This document shows positions 56,487 through 64,000 of a stretch of DNA of 64,000 nt, in pieces. The position numbers and the translations under genes are program-made. The DNA is from an uncultured bacterium (GTDB taxonomy: Bacteria > Fermentibacterota > Fermentibacteria > Fermentibacterales > Fermentibacteraceae), in contig CAZRWD010000001.1 in the NCBI GenBank assembly GCA_964603785.1, forward strand, positions 485,638-549,637. The letters are read 5' to 3'. Position 1 is the first letter of the stretch. The number at the start of each line of letters is the position of its first letter. The notes under the pieces were generated by a model that saw only the letters and a program-made list of their open reading frames with translations, was not told where the DNA came from and did no database searches.

Positions 56487-57068
56487 TCACATGTGGAACT
56501 TCCGTATGACCTCGGTGCTCGCCAGGCGCAGGGTCTGCATCACGCCCCTGCCCTCCAGGGCGACGGCCTCGGTCGCTGGTACGCCCTCCAGGCCCAGCTC
56601 CTTCTCGATGCTGCCGAGGGGGAGGACCGGGGCCAGGTCCCTCTTGTTGTACTGGAGCACGATCGGGAACGACTCGACCGGCATCCTCAGTTCGGCCATG
56701 TTCTCGACCATCATGCGATAGCTCTGCAGGTTCATGTCCCTGTGGGTCTCCCTCGAGTCGGCCACGAACACGACCCCGTCCGCGCCCTCCAGTATCAGGC
56801 GCCTGCTGGCCTCGTAGTGGATCTGGCCGGGGATCGTGTAGAGGTGGAACTTGAGGGAGTAGCCCTCGACCTTTCCAAGCGAGACCGGATAGAAGTCGAA
56901 GAAGAGGGTCCTCTCCCTCTCGGTGTCGAGGATGATCATCTCACCGCGATACTTCTTCGCGAGCTGCGCGTGTATCCAGTGGAGATTGGTCGTCTTCCCG
57001 CTCATTCCCGGTCCGAAGTAGACCAGCTTGAAGACGATGTTCCTGTCCTCAGGGTTGATATGGGGCAT
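56487..57068 (-). CDS. mglA: MglA-family Ras-like small GTPase
   Basis: KLVYFGPGMSGKTTNL (P-loop), TLFFDF...LGKVEGY, HLYTIPGQ and LQYNKRD. Collinear with M. xanthus MglA as recalled from memory, not aligned. Confidence 0.88.
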   Translation of the reverse strand: MPHINPEDRNIVFKLVYFGPGMSGKTTNLHWIHAQLAKKYRGEMIILDTERERTLFFDFYPVSLGKVEGYSLKFHLYTIPGQIHYEASRRLILEGADGVVFVADSRETHRDMNLQSYRMMVENMAELRMPVESFPIVLQYNKRDLAPVLPLGSIEKELGLEGVPATEAVALEGRGVMQTLRLASTEVIRKFHM

Positions 57069-57558
57069 CGTCCTCTTCGTCCACCCTGAAGATCTGGTCG
57101 ACCAGGTTCAGGGCGTACTCCTTGAACCTCGGGAGCGAGATCCCGTCCTCGTCGCCGTCCCTCCGCTGGACCGGTGCGTCTAGGATCAGCGAGACCGCCT
57201 CGCCCGTCTTCTTCGCCTCTATGCGTACACGGCCTATCCTGGTGTAGTCCTCGAAGACCACGACCATCATCGCACGTCTGCCGACGAGAGAGATGTGGAT
57301 GTGGCGCTTGTCGCCCTGCTGCAGCAGGATCGAGAACTGGTTCTCGCCGATGATGGTCGCCACTTCCCGCGTCGCGGCGAACATGCCCGCCACGAGCGCG
57401 GCGAGCGCCGTGCTGTTGAGCGATGCCATCTCGCCGGCCTGGCTGAGACAGACGCCCTCCCTCGAGATGAGGAGGCAGATGAGGGAGCCCGTGCTGTGCA
57501 GAAGGTCTTCTAGGAGCTTGCGTATGCTGCTGCTCTGGCCCTGGTGCTCCATGTCCAC
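57049..57558 (-). CDS. mglB: MglB-like roadblock/LC7 protein (putative GAP of MglA)
   Basis: …AALVAGMFAATREVATIIGENQF......HIHISLVGRRAMMVVVFEDYTRIGRVRIEAKK matches the MglB core (…LIGENEF…VRLRIKKA…). A 20-bp overlap with mglA. Confidence 0.75.
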   Translation of the reverse strand: MDMEHQGQSSSIRKLLEDLLHSTGSLICLLISREGVCLSQAGEMASLNSTALAALVAGMFAATREVATIIGENQFSILLQQGDKRHIHISLVGRRAMMVVVFEDYTRIGRVRIEAKKTGEAVSLILDAPVQRRDGDEDGISLPRFKEYALNLVDQIFRVDEEDDAPYQP

Positions 57559-57635
57559 GGGTTTGCCTGTCTCCTTTCGTGCGCTCGGAAAGCCCTCACC
57601 CTGCGGCTGTCAGGTGGACAGACCCCGGCCGGCGG

Positions 57636-58049
57636 CTATTTCAGAGCGTTCTCGAGCTCCGGAGCCCTGCGCTTGACCTGGAGCCTGACGTTTCCGAGGT
57701 TCGCGTCCTTCGATGCCACCACGGCCAGCAGGGCGTCGGAGCCGAGCGCGGACATGACCACGATGCCCTTGTCGAACTCGAGCATGGCCTGGGCCATCTC
57801 GCCGACGCCGAGCTCGCGTCCCACGCTCTCCGCCGAACCCATGCCGGTGGAGACCATCGCGCCGATCGCATCAGTGTCGGCATTCCCCGTCGAAGCCGCA
57901 TCGATGACGAACCCGTCACGGCCCACACACACGGCGACTTCGATCCCCTGGACCTCCACGAGCTCCTTGAGTATCCCAGAGACACCGTTCACTTCAGCAA
58001 CCTCCAGTCTGTTGGACAGTGGCGGCAGATGAGAAGCCCGGTCCGGCAT
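57636..58049 (-). CDS. Second roadblock/LC7-domain protein (MglC-like paralog)
   Basis: …SGILKELVEVQGIEVAVCVGRDGFVIDAAS….LLAVVASKDANLGNVRLQVKRR. Start chosen at MPDRAS. Confidence 0.6.
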   Translation of the reverse strand: MPDRASHLPPLSNRLEVAEVNGVSGILKELVEVQGIEVAVCVGRDGFVIDAASTGNADTDAIGAMVSTGMGSAESVGRELGVGEMAQAMLEFDKGIVVMSALGSDALLAVVASKDANLGNVRLQVKRRAPELENALK

Positions 58050-58181
58050 GCGCACGGATCGGACCACCTCATGAACAAATAACACATAAACTCCATTCCA
58101 GTTCCCGAACAGGTTCCCGTGGCCCCCACGCTGCAGGGGGAACGGGATCCGCGGGGCTCCCCGGGATCCATCCCACCGGCA

Positions 58182-59001
58182 TCATTCGCGGTCGGCATCC
58201 GCACCCTGCCCCGGTTCGTCCTCCGCGACCTCGTACAGCACCCTGCACCTGTTGTGCGCGAGGAGCTCTGAGACCACCTCCTCCCCGCCCCCCCGGGCGG
58301 TCCGCCTCCAGATCCTGTTCTCCCGCATCATCGTCCCGTCGGGGTCCCGGAAGAACCTGTGGTCCGTCTCCTCGACGGTCACTTCGAAGCCGGGGTCACG
58401 GGGTGCCGATATCGAACCGGCAAGGACGGGGGGCTCGACGGATGCCCGTATGAGCAGGGGCATGTCGAGAGTGTTCCTCATCCTCATGTCCAGGTAGTTG
58501 TAGAAGACGCTCACCCCCATGCCGAAAGGAACGCGCCTGTTGCTGTCCGGGAAGAGGTCTACACCGTGCCTGTGGCGCTCGACTATCTCCATGCCGGCAT
58601 GCAGACCCATCCAGAGCAGCAGGTTGGCGAGCTGGCACAGCCCCCCTCCGACGGAGGCGATCATCCGCCCCTCCCGGAGTTCCAGACCGTCGACATACCC
58701 CAGGGATGGCACGGTCCTCCCGACGGTCCGGCAGAACGAGAACAGGCCTCCCGGCGGCACGACGAGCCGGTCGACCCTGGCCGCTGCCAGTTCCAGGTTC
58801 CTGATCTTCCCCAGCTGAAGGGAATCATCGGCTCCCGGGATGCTCCTCAGGAGCTGCGAGGAGTGCCTGACGACGACGAACGGATAGCTCTCAGCGTCCT
58901 CCGCCCTGCCCATCGCCGGTCTCTCGTCGAAGAGGTCCCGCGCATGCCGCAGAAGGCGCAGAATCGCAACCTTCGATCGGAAGGGGATGGCGAGGCTCAT
59001 C
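58182..59001 (-). CDS. VanW-family protein
   Basis: …IASVGGGLCQLANLLLWMGLHAGMEIVERHRH…FGMGVSVFYNYLD is a VanW core. Start at MSLAIPFRSK; the track ORF has a 222-codon Arg-rich upstream extension. Confidence 0.75.
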
Positions 59002-59053
59002 TCCCGATCGCTTCGCAAGGGGTGTGGTCGCCGCCCGGCGTGTCGATCCTTCC

Positions 59054-60142
59054 CTAGATGGTGTAGGAGAGGCCGAAGAGGAATTCGGTGGTCGAGTCGT
59101 CGACCCTGTCCGCATCCTCGAACGGCATGTAGTCGCCGTAGAGCTTGCGCGTGTGCCAGTGCATGGCAGCATCCAGCCTCACGGGTCCCATCCTGCGGGT
59201 CCCGCCCAGCGAGAATCCCATGCCCTCGCCGTTCTCGCCCGGCAGCTCGAGGAACGAGACGCTGGAGATGAGCACGGTCTTCGCATCTATGGGGTAGTTG
59301 ATGTGGATGCGCCCGGAGTAGTCGTTCCTGCCGAGGGGGGACGCGATCTGGCCCTCCAGCCCGACGGTGACGTTCTGCAGGTGGGGCGCTAGGATCTCCG
59401 CCCCGAAGGCGACCACCGGCTGCAGATGCTCCCCGCCGGCCGAGTAGCTGACGCCGAGGGTCGCGAGCCTGCTGCGCGAGATCGCGCCCACGTGCACGGC
59501 CGGCTCGGCGATGTCGTACTCCACGGCTGCCGAGGAGTCGACCACCGCGAGCCAGTTGTTCCACCTCTCGTAGTCGATCTCGACGAGTCCGAACCGGTAT
59601 CCCGCCGACACCCCGAGCGAGACCCATCCGGCGAGTGCGTAGGATGCTCCCGCAAGGGCCTCCCACTGAGCTCCGGAGGCGACGAGGGTCTCGACCGCCT
59701 CGATCTCCTCGGTGGTCTCGTTGTAGACCAGGCGGCCGCCCTCGTAGGAGGCGTCGGCCACCGCGGCCAGCCCGGCACCGATCGAGACGGACGGCGAGAG
59801 GCGGGAGGAAAGGGCGATGTTCCTCATGCCGAGGACCTGATCAGACTTGTAGTCTCGCTGGACCGAGTATCTGCGGACCTCCTTCCAGTAGAGCGAGCCG
59901 ATCGACCCGGCCACGCTCGTGCCGTCGACGAGGGAGAGCCCCGCAGGGTTCATGAAGAGGGCCAGGGCGTCCGAGGCGCTCGTCGAGACCGAGCCGCCCT
60001 GGGATGCGGACACAACACCGATCCCCGATAGTACCGCCCCTCCGTCCATCGCCTGCTTGTAGCCGTTGGCGCTGGAGGCGGACGGGAGGATCAGCAGAAT
60101 GAGAACGGCGGTGAAGACCGGGAATGCACGAGGTGACATCAT
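59054..60142 (-). CDS. Outer-membrane beta-barrel protein (putative porin/FadL-like)
   Basis: Signal peptide MMSPRAFPVFTAVLILLILPSASSANG. Alternating amphipathic beta-strand pattern ending …FLFGLSYTI. Confidence 0.6.
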   Translation of the reverse strand: MMSPRAFPVFTAVLILLILPSASSANGYKQAMDGGAVLSGIGVVSASQGGSVSTSASDALALFMNPAGLSLVDGTSVAGSIGSLYWKEVRRYSVQRDYKSDQVLGMRNIALSSRLSPSVSIGAGLAAVADASYEGGRLVYNETTEEIEAVETLVASGAQWEALAGASYALAGWVSLGVSAGYRFGLVEIDYERWNNWLAVVDSSAAVEYDIAEPAVHVGAISRSRLATLGVSYSAGGEHLQPVVAFGAEILAPHLQNVTVGLEGQIASPLGRNDYSGRIHINYPIDAKTVLISSVSFLELPGENGEGMGFSLGGTRRMGPVRLDAAMHWHTRKLYGDYMPFEDADRVDDSTTEFLFGLSYTI

Positions 60143-60278
60143 GTCTCCTTTCTGGTAGCAGAGCCTTATCTAACCAGCCGTGCACCTCCTCGGTAGTGCG
60201 CGCGGCGGGTGCCGCGTTCTTTACACGGGCCGGCCGCCGGAGGATATTGAACGGGGTAGTCGAAACAGAGGAGGGATC

Positions 60279-60677
60279 ATGGGCCCCAACAAGCTAGTCG
60301 CCCATTTCAAGGACGGCCACATCCTCAAGGGCCACTCCATCGACTTCGTGCCGGGCAAGGCATCCTTCCACCTCGCCTCCATGAGCAATCCCGACATCGT
60401 GGCCGAGATCCGGATCGAGGACCTGAAGGCGGTCTTCTTCGTGAAGGACTTCGTCGGCGACCCCTCCCGAAGGGAGCAGAAGGTCTTCGATCCGGCGGTG
60501 CGCTACATCGGCAAGAGGATGCTCATCAAGTTCCACGACGGCGAGTACTTCTCGGGCATCCGGCAGGCCTTCAACCCGGCGCACGGGGGGTTCTTCATCA
60601 CCCCGGCCGACCCGGACTCGAACACGCTGCGGGCGTTCGTGGTCCTTTCCGCCATCGAGTCGATGAAGGAGAGCTGA
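60279..60677 (+). CDS. Hypothetical 132-aa protein with internal tandem duplication
   Basis: ATG 4 nt after GGAGGG. Two related halves: KLVAHFKDGHILKGHSIDFVPGK… and RMLIKFHDGEYFSGIRQAFNPAHGGFFITP…. No family recognised. Confidence 0.55.
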   Translation: MGPNKLVAHFKDGHILKGHSIDFVPGKASFHLASMSNPDIVAEIRIEDLKAVFFVKDFVGDPSRREQKVFDPAVRYIGKRMLIKFHDGEYFSGIRQAFNPAHGGFFITPADPDSNTLRAFVVLSAIESMKES

Positions 60678-60679
60678 CC

Positions 60680-60795
60680 CCTTCGGGTTTGAAATCGTTG
60701 ACTTGCGATCTGTAATTACATATCCAGCATTAACTTCGAATCTGACTTCCCGGCGATACCTTCGGGTTTGAAATCGTTGACTTGCCCTCTGTAAA
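60680..60795 (+). repeat. Two copies of a 36-nt direct repeat, 79-nt period (CRISPR-like spacing, but only two units)
   Basis: ccttcgggtttgaaatcgttgacttgcgatctgtaa (60680) and ccttcgggtttgaaatcgttgacttgccctctgtaa (60759); 34 of 36 positions identical. Each contains a TTGACT -35-like hexamer. Lies in a roughly 340-bp lower-GC intergenic region upstream of 61020. Confidence 0.6.
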
Positions 60796-61019
60796 TCCCT
60801 GTATGGCAACCATCTGAAAACCACCTTGCAAGCAGTGCCAAGAACCTGCGGTGGTTCACTGCCGTCACCTCATCCACGTTTCCTGCGATCTGCCATCCTC
60901 CTGGACTGCAGGCCTGCGCTCATCCGCACCCCGAGATCTCAAACGGACTCCGTTGTCTCTGGACCCCCGGACTTACCCCGCTGATATTCGATCGAGACTC
61001 ATCCCGACTGGAGGTCGAA

Positions 61020-63338
61020 ATGATGCCGGTCATGATGCTGTCGATCCTCGCCCTGATGCCATCCGAGAAAGATCCTTCGGTTCGCGCGGATTCGATAGCG
61101 GAGGATCGGGACGTATGCGTATCCGTCTGCAATTTGGATAATTCATCATCTGGATCATGCGTTATTGCATTGGACGGACTCCACTGCCGCGGTGGACGCG
61201 CCGGCCAGACCTCGGTCCTGTTCGAGGGCGTCGAGACGTGCTCCCCGGTCGCTCTGACGCCTTCGATCCTCTTCCCGTCACTCACCGCGTTCCCGGGCAG
61301 GTACCACAGCAGTCCGAGCCTCCCCATACGCTGCGATCCTGCGCTGTCGGGAGCGTTCCTGGCAGATGAGGTGGACTACCGGGAAGGGCTCCTGTTCGAG
61401 ACCTCCGGCTGGTTCGGCGACATCTCCGAGAACGGCGACGAGCCCGTCTGGCACCCCAACATTCCTTCGCGCGAGAACCGGACGTTCATCGGGGACTGCA
61501 CAGGCGGGTCACTTCTTGCCGACGGGATCGAGCTCCCGGGATATCTCTCCCTCCTTCTCGCAGGTGAAACCATGACCGGCGGGAGTGACTACCGGGGAGG
61601 GCGGGAGCTGGCCACCTGGGACAACAACCGCCAGGATCGCGCCGCCATGCTGGGAGAACTTTCCTGGGAACCGTCTGACGACCTCGAACTCTCGCTCTCG
61701 GCTGACATCCACCACAGGGAGCGCGGCTGGAGCGACTGGCGGTGGAGCCGGTACACCACACCCTATATCGATTCCGACACGACATCCTCTACGTTCGGCG
61801 ACACGCTCGCATGGGGGGAGGACATCCGACGCGCCCTCCCCACCCGTTTCGACGACGGCAGCCTGATCTCGCTCGAGCTGGAGAGCGGGACCGGGCAGCT
61901 GTCAGGGCTCACCCTCGAAGCTGCATTGATCTCCTCGCACTGCTGGAACAGGATCGAGGAGGAAGGGGGAGGATACCTGGGGGACGGCTTCACGACAGAC
62001 GACTGGACTGGATACTCTCCCCCGGCCAGGGTAACGGATCCCGACGGCTTCTACCGGGAGGGTGTCTCCGACGCCCTCTGGTATGACCTGCGCTGCAGGA
62101 CGGCCACGACGGTCCTCGGCATGTTCAGCGAGGTCTCCTCCCACCATCTCGATGCAGGTCTCGCATTGTCGTACACACAGGCGAGGGAGACCTCCGTCAT
62201 GTGGGAGGATTCGACCGCCTCCTGCATCCTCCAGCACTGGAGCGCGTTCCCGAACACCATCTCGGGCTGGATTTCCGACGAGATCTTCCTTGCAGACGGC
62301 ACGAGGATCTCTGCCGGCGCCCGGATCGAGAGGTTCGACCCGAACATCGGCGAAACCTGGGCCGCCGGCGAGCCGGAGACGAAACTCGCGGTCGAGCCGG
62401 CCTTCCGGATCTCGCACGAGCTGGGTTCGAGCAGCGAGGTGAGGGCGGCCTGGAGGAACTCGGCCCGGGTCCCGAGCCTGCTCCTGCTGTATTACAACAC
62501 CAGAACATCGACTCCCGTCATATCCGAGCACACCTTGATCGGGAATCCCGACCTGGAGCTTGAGCGCTCGTCGGACTTCGAGATCGGCTGGAGATCCCTG
62601 CCGACCGACTGGCTCGTCCTGGATGCATGCGTCTATTACAGAGACATGTCCGATCTCGTCTCCTCGGTGCAGTACACCGATTCGCTGACCGGCCCGTGGA
62701 TCGGCTTCGAGAACGGCGGGAACGCAGTCTCGCGCGGCGTGGAGATCGTCGCATCGGCCAGCAGCGGCCGGGTGGACGCTTCGATCACCTATTCCCTGGG
62801 GAAGGTGACCGGCAACTGGTCGCGGCCCGAGGAGACGGCCCTCTACTGCTGGAACGGCGGTGATCCCGGCCTGGTCCCCGACGAAACCTGCCTCGACTGG
62901 GACAGGAGGCATTCCCTCGAGATGGGGCTAGGGCTTGACCTGCCCGTGGAAAGATACGGCCTGACGACCTTCAGGATCTCCTCGAGCACCACTCTGAGGT
63001 CGGGAATCCCGTACATGAACACCCAGCACGAGGGCTTCTTCTCGTACAACCTCGAAGGTGTCGGGCGCAACACCGACGAACACCGCTACCCATGGTCGAG
63101 GCAGACAGATCTCACGGTCGAGCAGGGTCTCGAGATCGGCTGGGTCGAGCTGACGGTGTTCTCGCGGATATTCAACCTGTTCGACGAGCGCAACATCGTC
63201 TGGATAGCGGATGTCGACTGGTTCACGGCCGAGGCCGACGACGACGGCGCACCACGGGATCCCACCGGCCCCTACGACAATCCCTTCGCCTACAGTGCTC
63301 AGCGGCACTTCCTGTTCGGGCTCGAGGCCGGGTTCTAG
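61020..63338 (+). CDS. TonB-dependent-receptor-like outer-membrane beta-barrel protein
   Basis: 772 aa. C-terminal …RHFLFGLEAGF (terminal Phe) and internal …NLFDERN…. Weak N-terminal plug region; signal MMPVMMLSILALMPS. Confidence 0.65.
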   Translation: MMPVMMLSILALMPSEKDPSVRADSIAEDRDVCVSVCNLDNSSSGSCVIALDGLHCRGGRAGQTSVLFEGVETCSPVALTPSILFPSLTAFPGRYHSSPSLPIRCDPALSGAFLADEVDYREGLLFETSGWFGDISENGDEPVWHPNIPSRENRTFIGDCTGGSLLADGIELPGYLSLLLAGETMTGGSDYRGGRELATWDNNRQDRAAMLGELSWEPSDDLELSLSADIHHRERGWSDWRWSRYTTPYIDSDTTSSTFGDTLAWGEDIRRALPTRFDDGSLISLELESGTGQLSGLTLEAALISSHCWNRIEEEGGGYLGDGFTTDDWTGYSPPARVTDPDGFYREGVSDALWYDLRCRTATTVLGMFSEVSSHHLDAGLALSYTQARETSVMWEDSTASCILQHWSAFPNTISGWISDEIFLADGTRISAGARIERFDPNIGETWAAGEPETKLAVEPAFRISHELGSSSEVRAAWRNSARVPSLLLLYYNTRTSTPVISEHTLIGNPDLELERSSDFEIGWRSLPTDWLVLDACVYYRDMSDLVSSVQYTDSLTGPWIGFENGGNAVSRGVEIVASASSGRVDASITYSLGKVTGNWSRPEETALYCWNGGDPGLVPDETCLDWDRRHSLEMGLGLDLPVERYGLTTFRISSSTTLRSGIPYMNTQHEGFFSYNLEGVGRNTDEHRYPWSRQTDLTVEQGLEIGWVELTVFSRIFNLFDERNIVWIADVDWFTAEADDDGAPRDPTGPYDNPFAYSAQRHFLFGLEAGF

Positions 63339-63349
63339 AGGAGGATCGT

Positions 63350-64000
63350 TCAGGGCAGCGCTTCGCGGACCGCCTCCAGGAGCAGGAGGATGTGGTCGGC
63401 CGGCTCCAGCTCGGCCATGGTCGGCCCGAGCTCGAAGAGCAGGAAGTCGGATCTCTCCCAGCTGGTGTTGAGTTCGCTCCTCCGTCTGAAGGTTATCCTT
63501 GCGACGACCATTCCGGCGAGCCTACCCTCCTGGGAGCGATCTCCGCCGGTGAAGACCGGACAGCCGCTGTATCCCCTCCGGGCCTCGCAGTCGAGATAGA
63601 CCGCCGTCGTCGAATCGGGCAGCGATGCGATGCTCCCGCCAAGCTCCACGGGGGGCACGAATCTGCAATCGAGCAGTTCGTCGGTTTCGTAGACGGCCAT
63701 CGTCACCGGCTGACCCTCCCTCAGAGCGGCCCTGGGGGCGATCAGGCCAGGATCGAGCGCGGGTATCCCGTCCTCGTCGGGCAGGTCCACGGTCAGTGCC
63801 TCGGCTTCGTCCATCAGCACCGCCGCAACGTCGATGGATTCGTCGTCGAGCAGGATGAGGGCGCCGGGCTCCAGGTCGATCCTGGCTTCGAGCGCGAGCT
63901 CCTCCTCATCCCCAGAACCTGCGGTCCTGCGAACGATCACGTACTCGAACCCCTCGACGGCGTGGCGTGACGTGACGGCGGCCAGGTGAGTCTCTCCGTT
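63350..64000 (-). CDS. Trypsin-like (S1/chymotrypsin-fold) peptidase-like protein, partial (N-terminus beyond window)
   Basis: GYSGCPVF resembles the GDSGGP catalytic-Ser motif, with an upstream Asp region DVAAVLMDE. The frame is open to the window end (…ETHLAAVTSRHAVEG…). Confidence 0.5.
   Translation of the reverse strand, partial: NGETHLAAVTSRHAVEGFEYVIVRRTAGSGDEEELALEARIDLEPGALILLDDESIDVAAVLMDEAEALTVDLPDEDGIPALDPGLIAPRAALREGQPVTMAVYETDELLDCRFVPPVELGGSIASLPDSTTAVYLDCEARRGYSGCPVFTGGDRSQEGRLAGMVVARITFRRRSELNTSWERSDFLLFELGPTMAELEPADHILLLLEAVREALP

Noticed and set aside
60680-60795. Possible CRISPR array
   Set aside because: Only two repeat units are present, no cas genes exist in the window, and the repeats carry promoter-like hexamers. 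Called a generic direct repeat instead.
1-64000. tRNA/rRNA genes, IS elements/transposases, integrases, prophage genes
   Set aside because: No T-psi-C loop (GGTTCGAATCC-like) or anticodon-stem patterns, rRNA-like conserved stretches, or transposase/integrase motifs (DDE, tyrosine recombinase R..H..R..Y) were seen in any frame.

Overview
This is a 64-kb window of very GC-rich (about 65-70%) bacterial DNA. It is densely coded, with many 4-bp stop/start overlaps and numerous long antisense shadow ORFs that I treat as artefacts. Gram-negative hallmarks are present: a GT9 LPS heptosyltransferase, an MsbA-like ABC exporter, a TonB-dependent-receptor-like barrel and outer-membrane beta-barrels. Several secreted proteins end in Por/T9SS-type (FlgD-Ig-like) C-terminal sorting domains, which suggests an uncultivated FCB-superphylum-like or candidate-phylum organism; this is low confidence and no taxonomy can be proven from sequence alone. 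Recognisable content, in order: a partial PAS-GAF-PAS histidine kinase, mutS, a heptosyltransferase and an MsbA-like exporter on the minus strand; a 1200-aa lamin-tail-domain/CARDB repeat surface protein; an epimerase-family dehydrogenase; a cyclophilin; a TPP riboswitch followed by thiC; a polyphosphate locus (a Ppx-PPK1 single-ORF fusion, a stand-alone HD protein and a CHAD protein); pfk; a GH114 lipoprotein plus a GT-C-like membrane protein; a roughly 9-kb lower-GC island carrying two copies of an FG-GAP-protein plus glycosidase-like T9SS-cargo module; tandem paralogous membrane-anchored SGNH hydrolases; EamA and MFS transporters; a GAF-HD-GYP protein divergent from a CHASE2 nucleotide cyclase; periplasmic processing enzymes (M48 peptidase, and a glutaminyl cyclase with an apparent frameshift in a C7 run); a radical-SAM/SPASM enzyme; and then one long minus-strand block (49.5-60.1 kb). 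That block encodes hypB, a hydrogenase maturation protease, a minimal group-3-like [NiFe] hydrogenase flanked by two V4R-domain proteins (one fused to a 2x[4Fe-4S] ferredoxin), a DnaA-like AAA+ ATPase lacking the DNA-binding domain, a DUF4388/roadblock protein, an mglA-like Ras-like GTPase, mglB and a second roadblock protein, VanW and an OM barrel. The most interesting candidate system is the co-linear GTPase/roadblock/V4R/AAA+/hydrogenase block. No tRNA or rRNA genes, CRISPR arrays or transposases were recognised.
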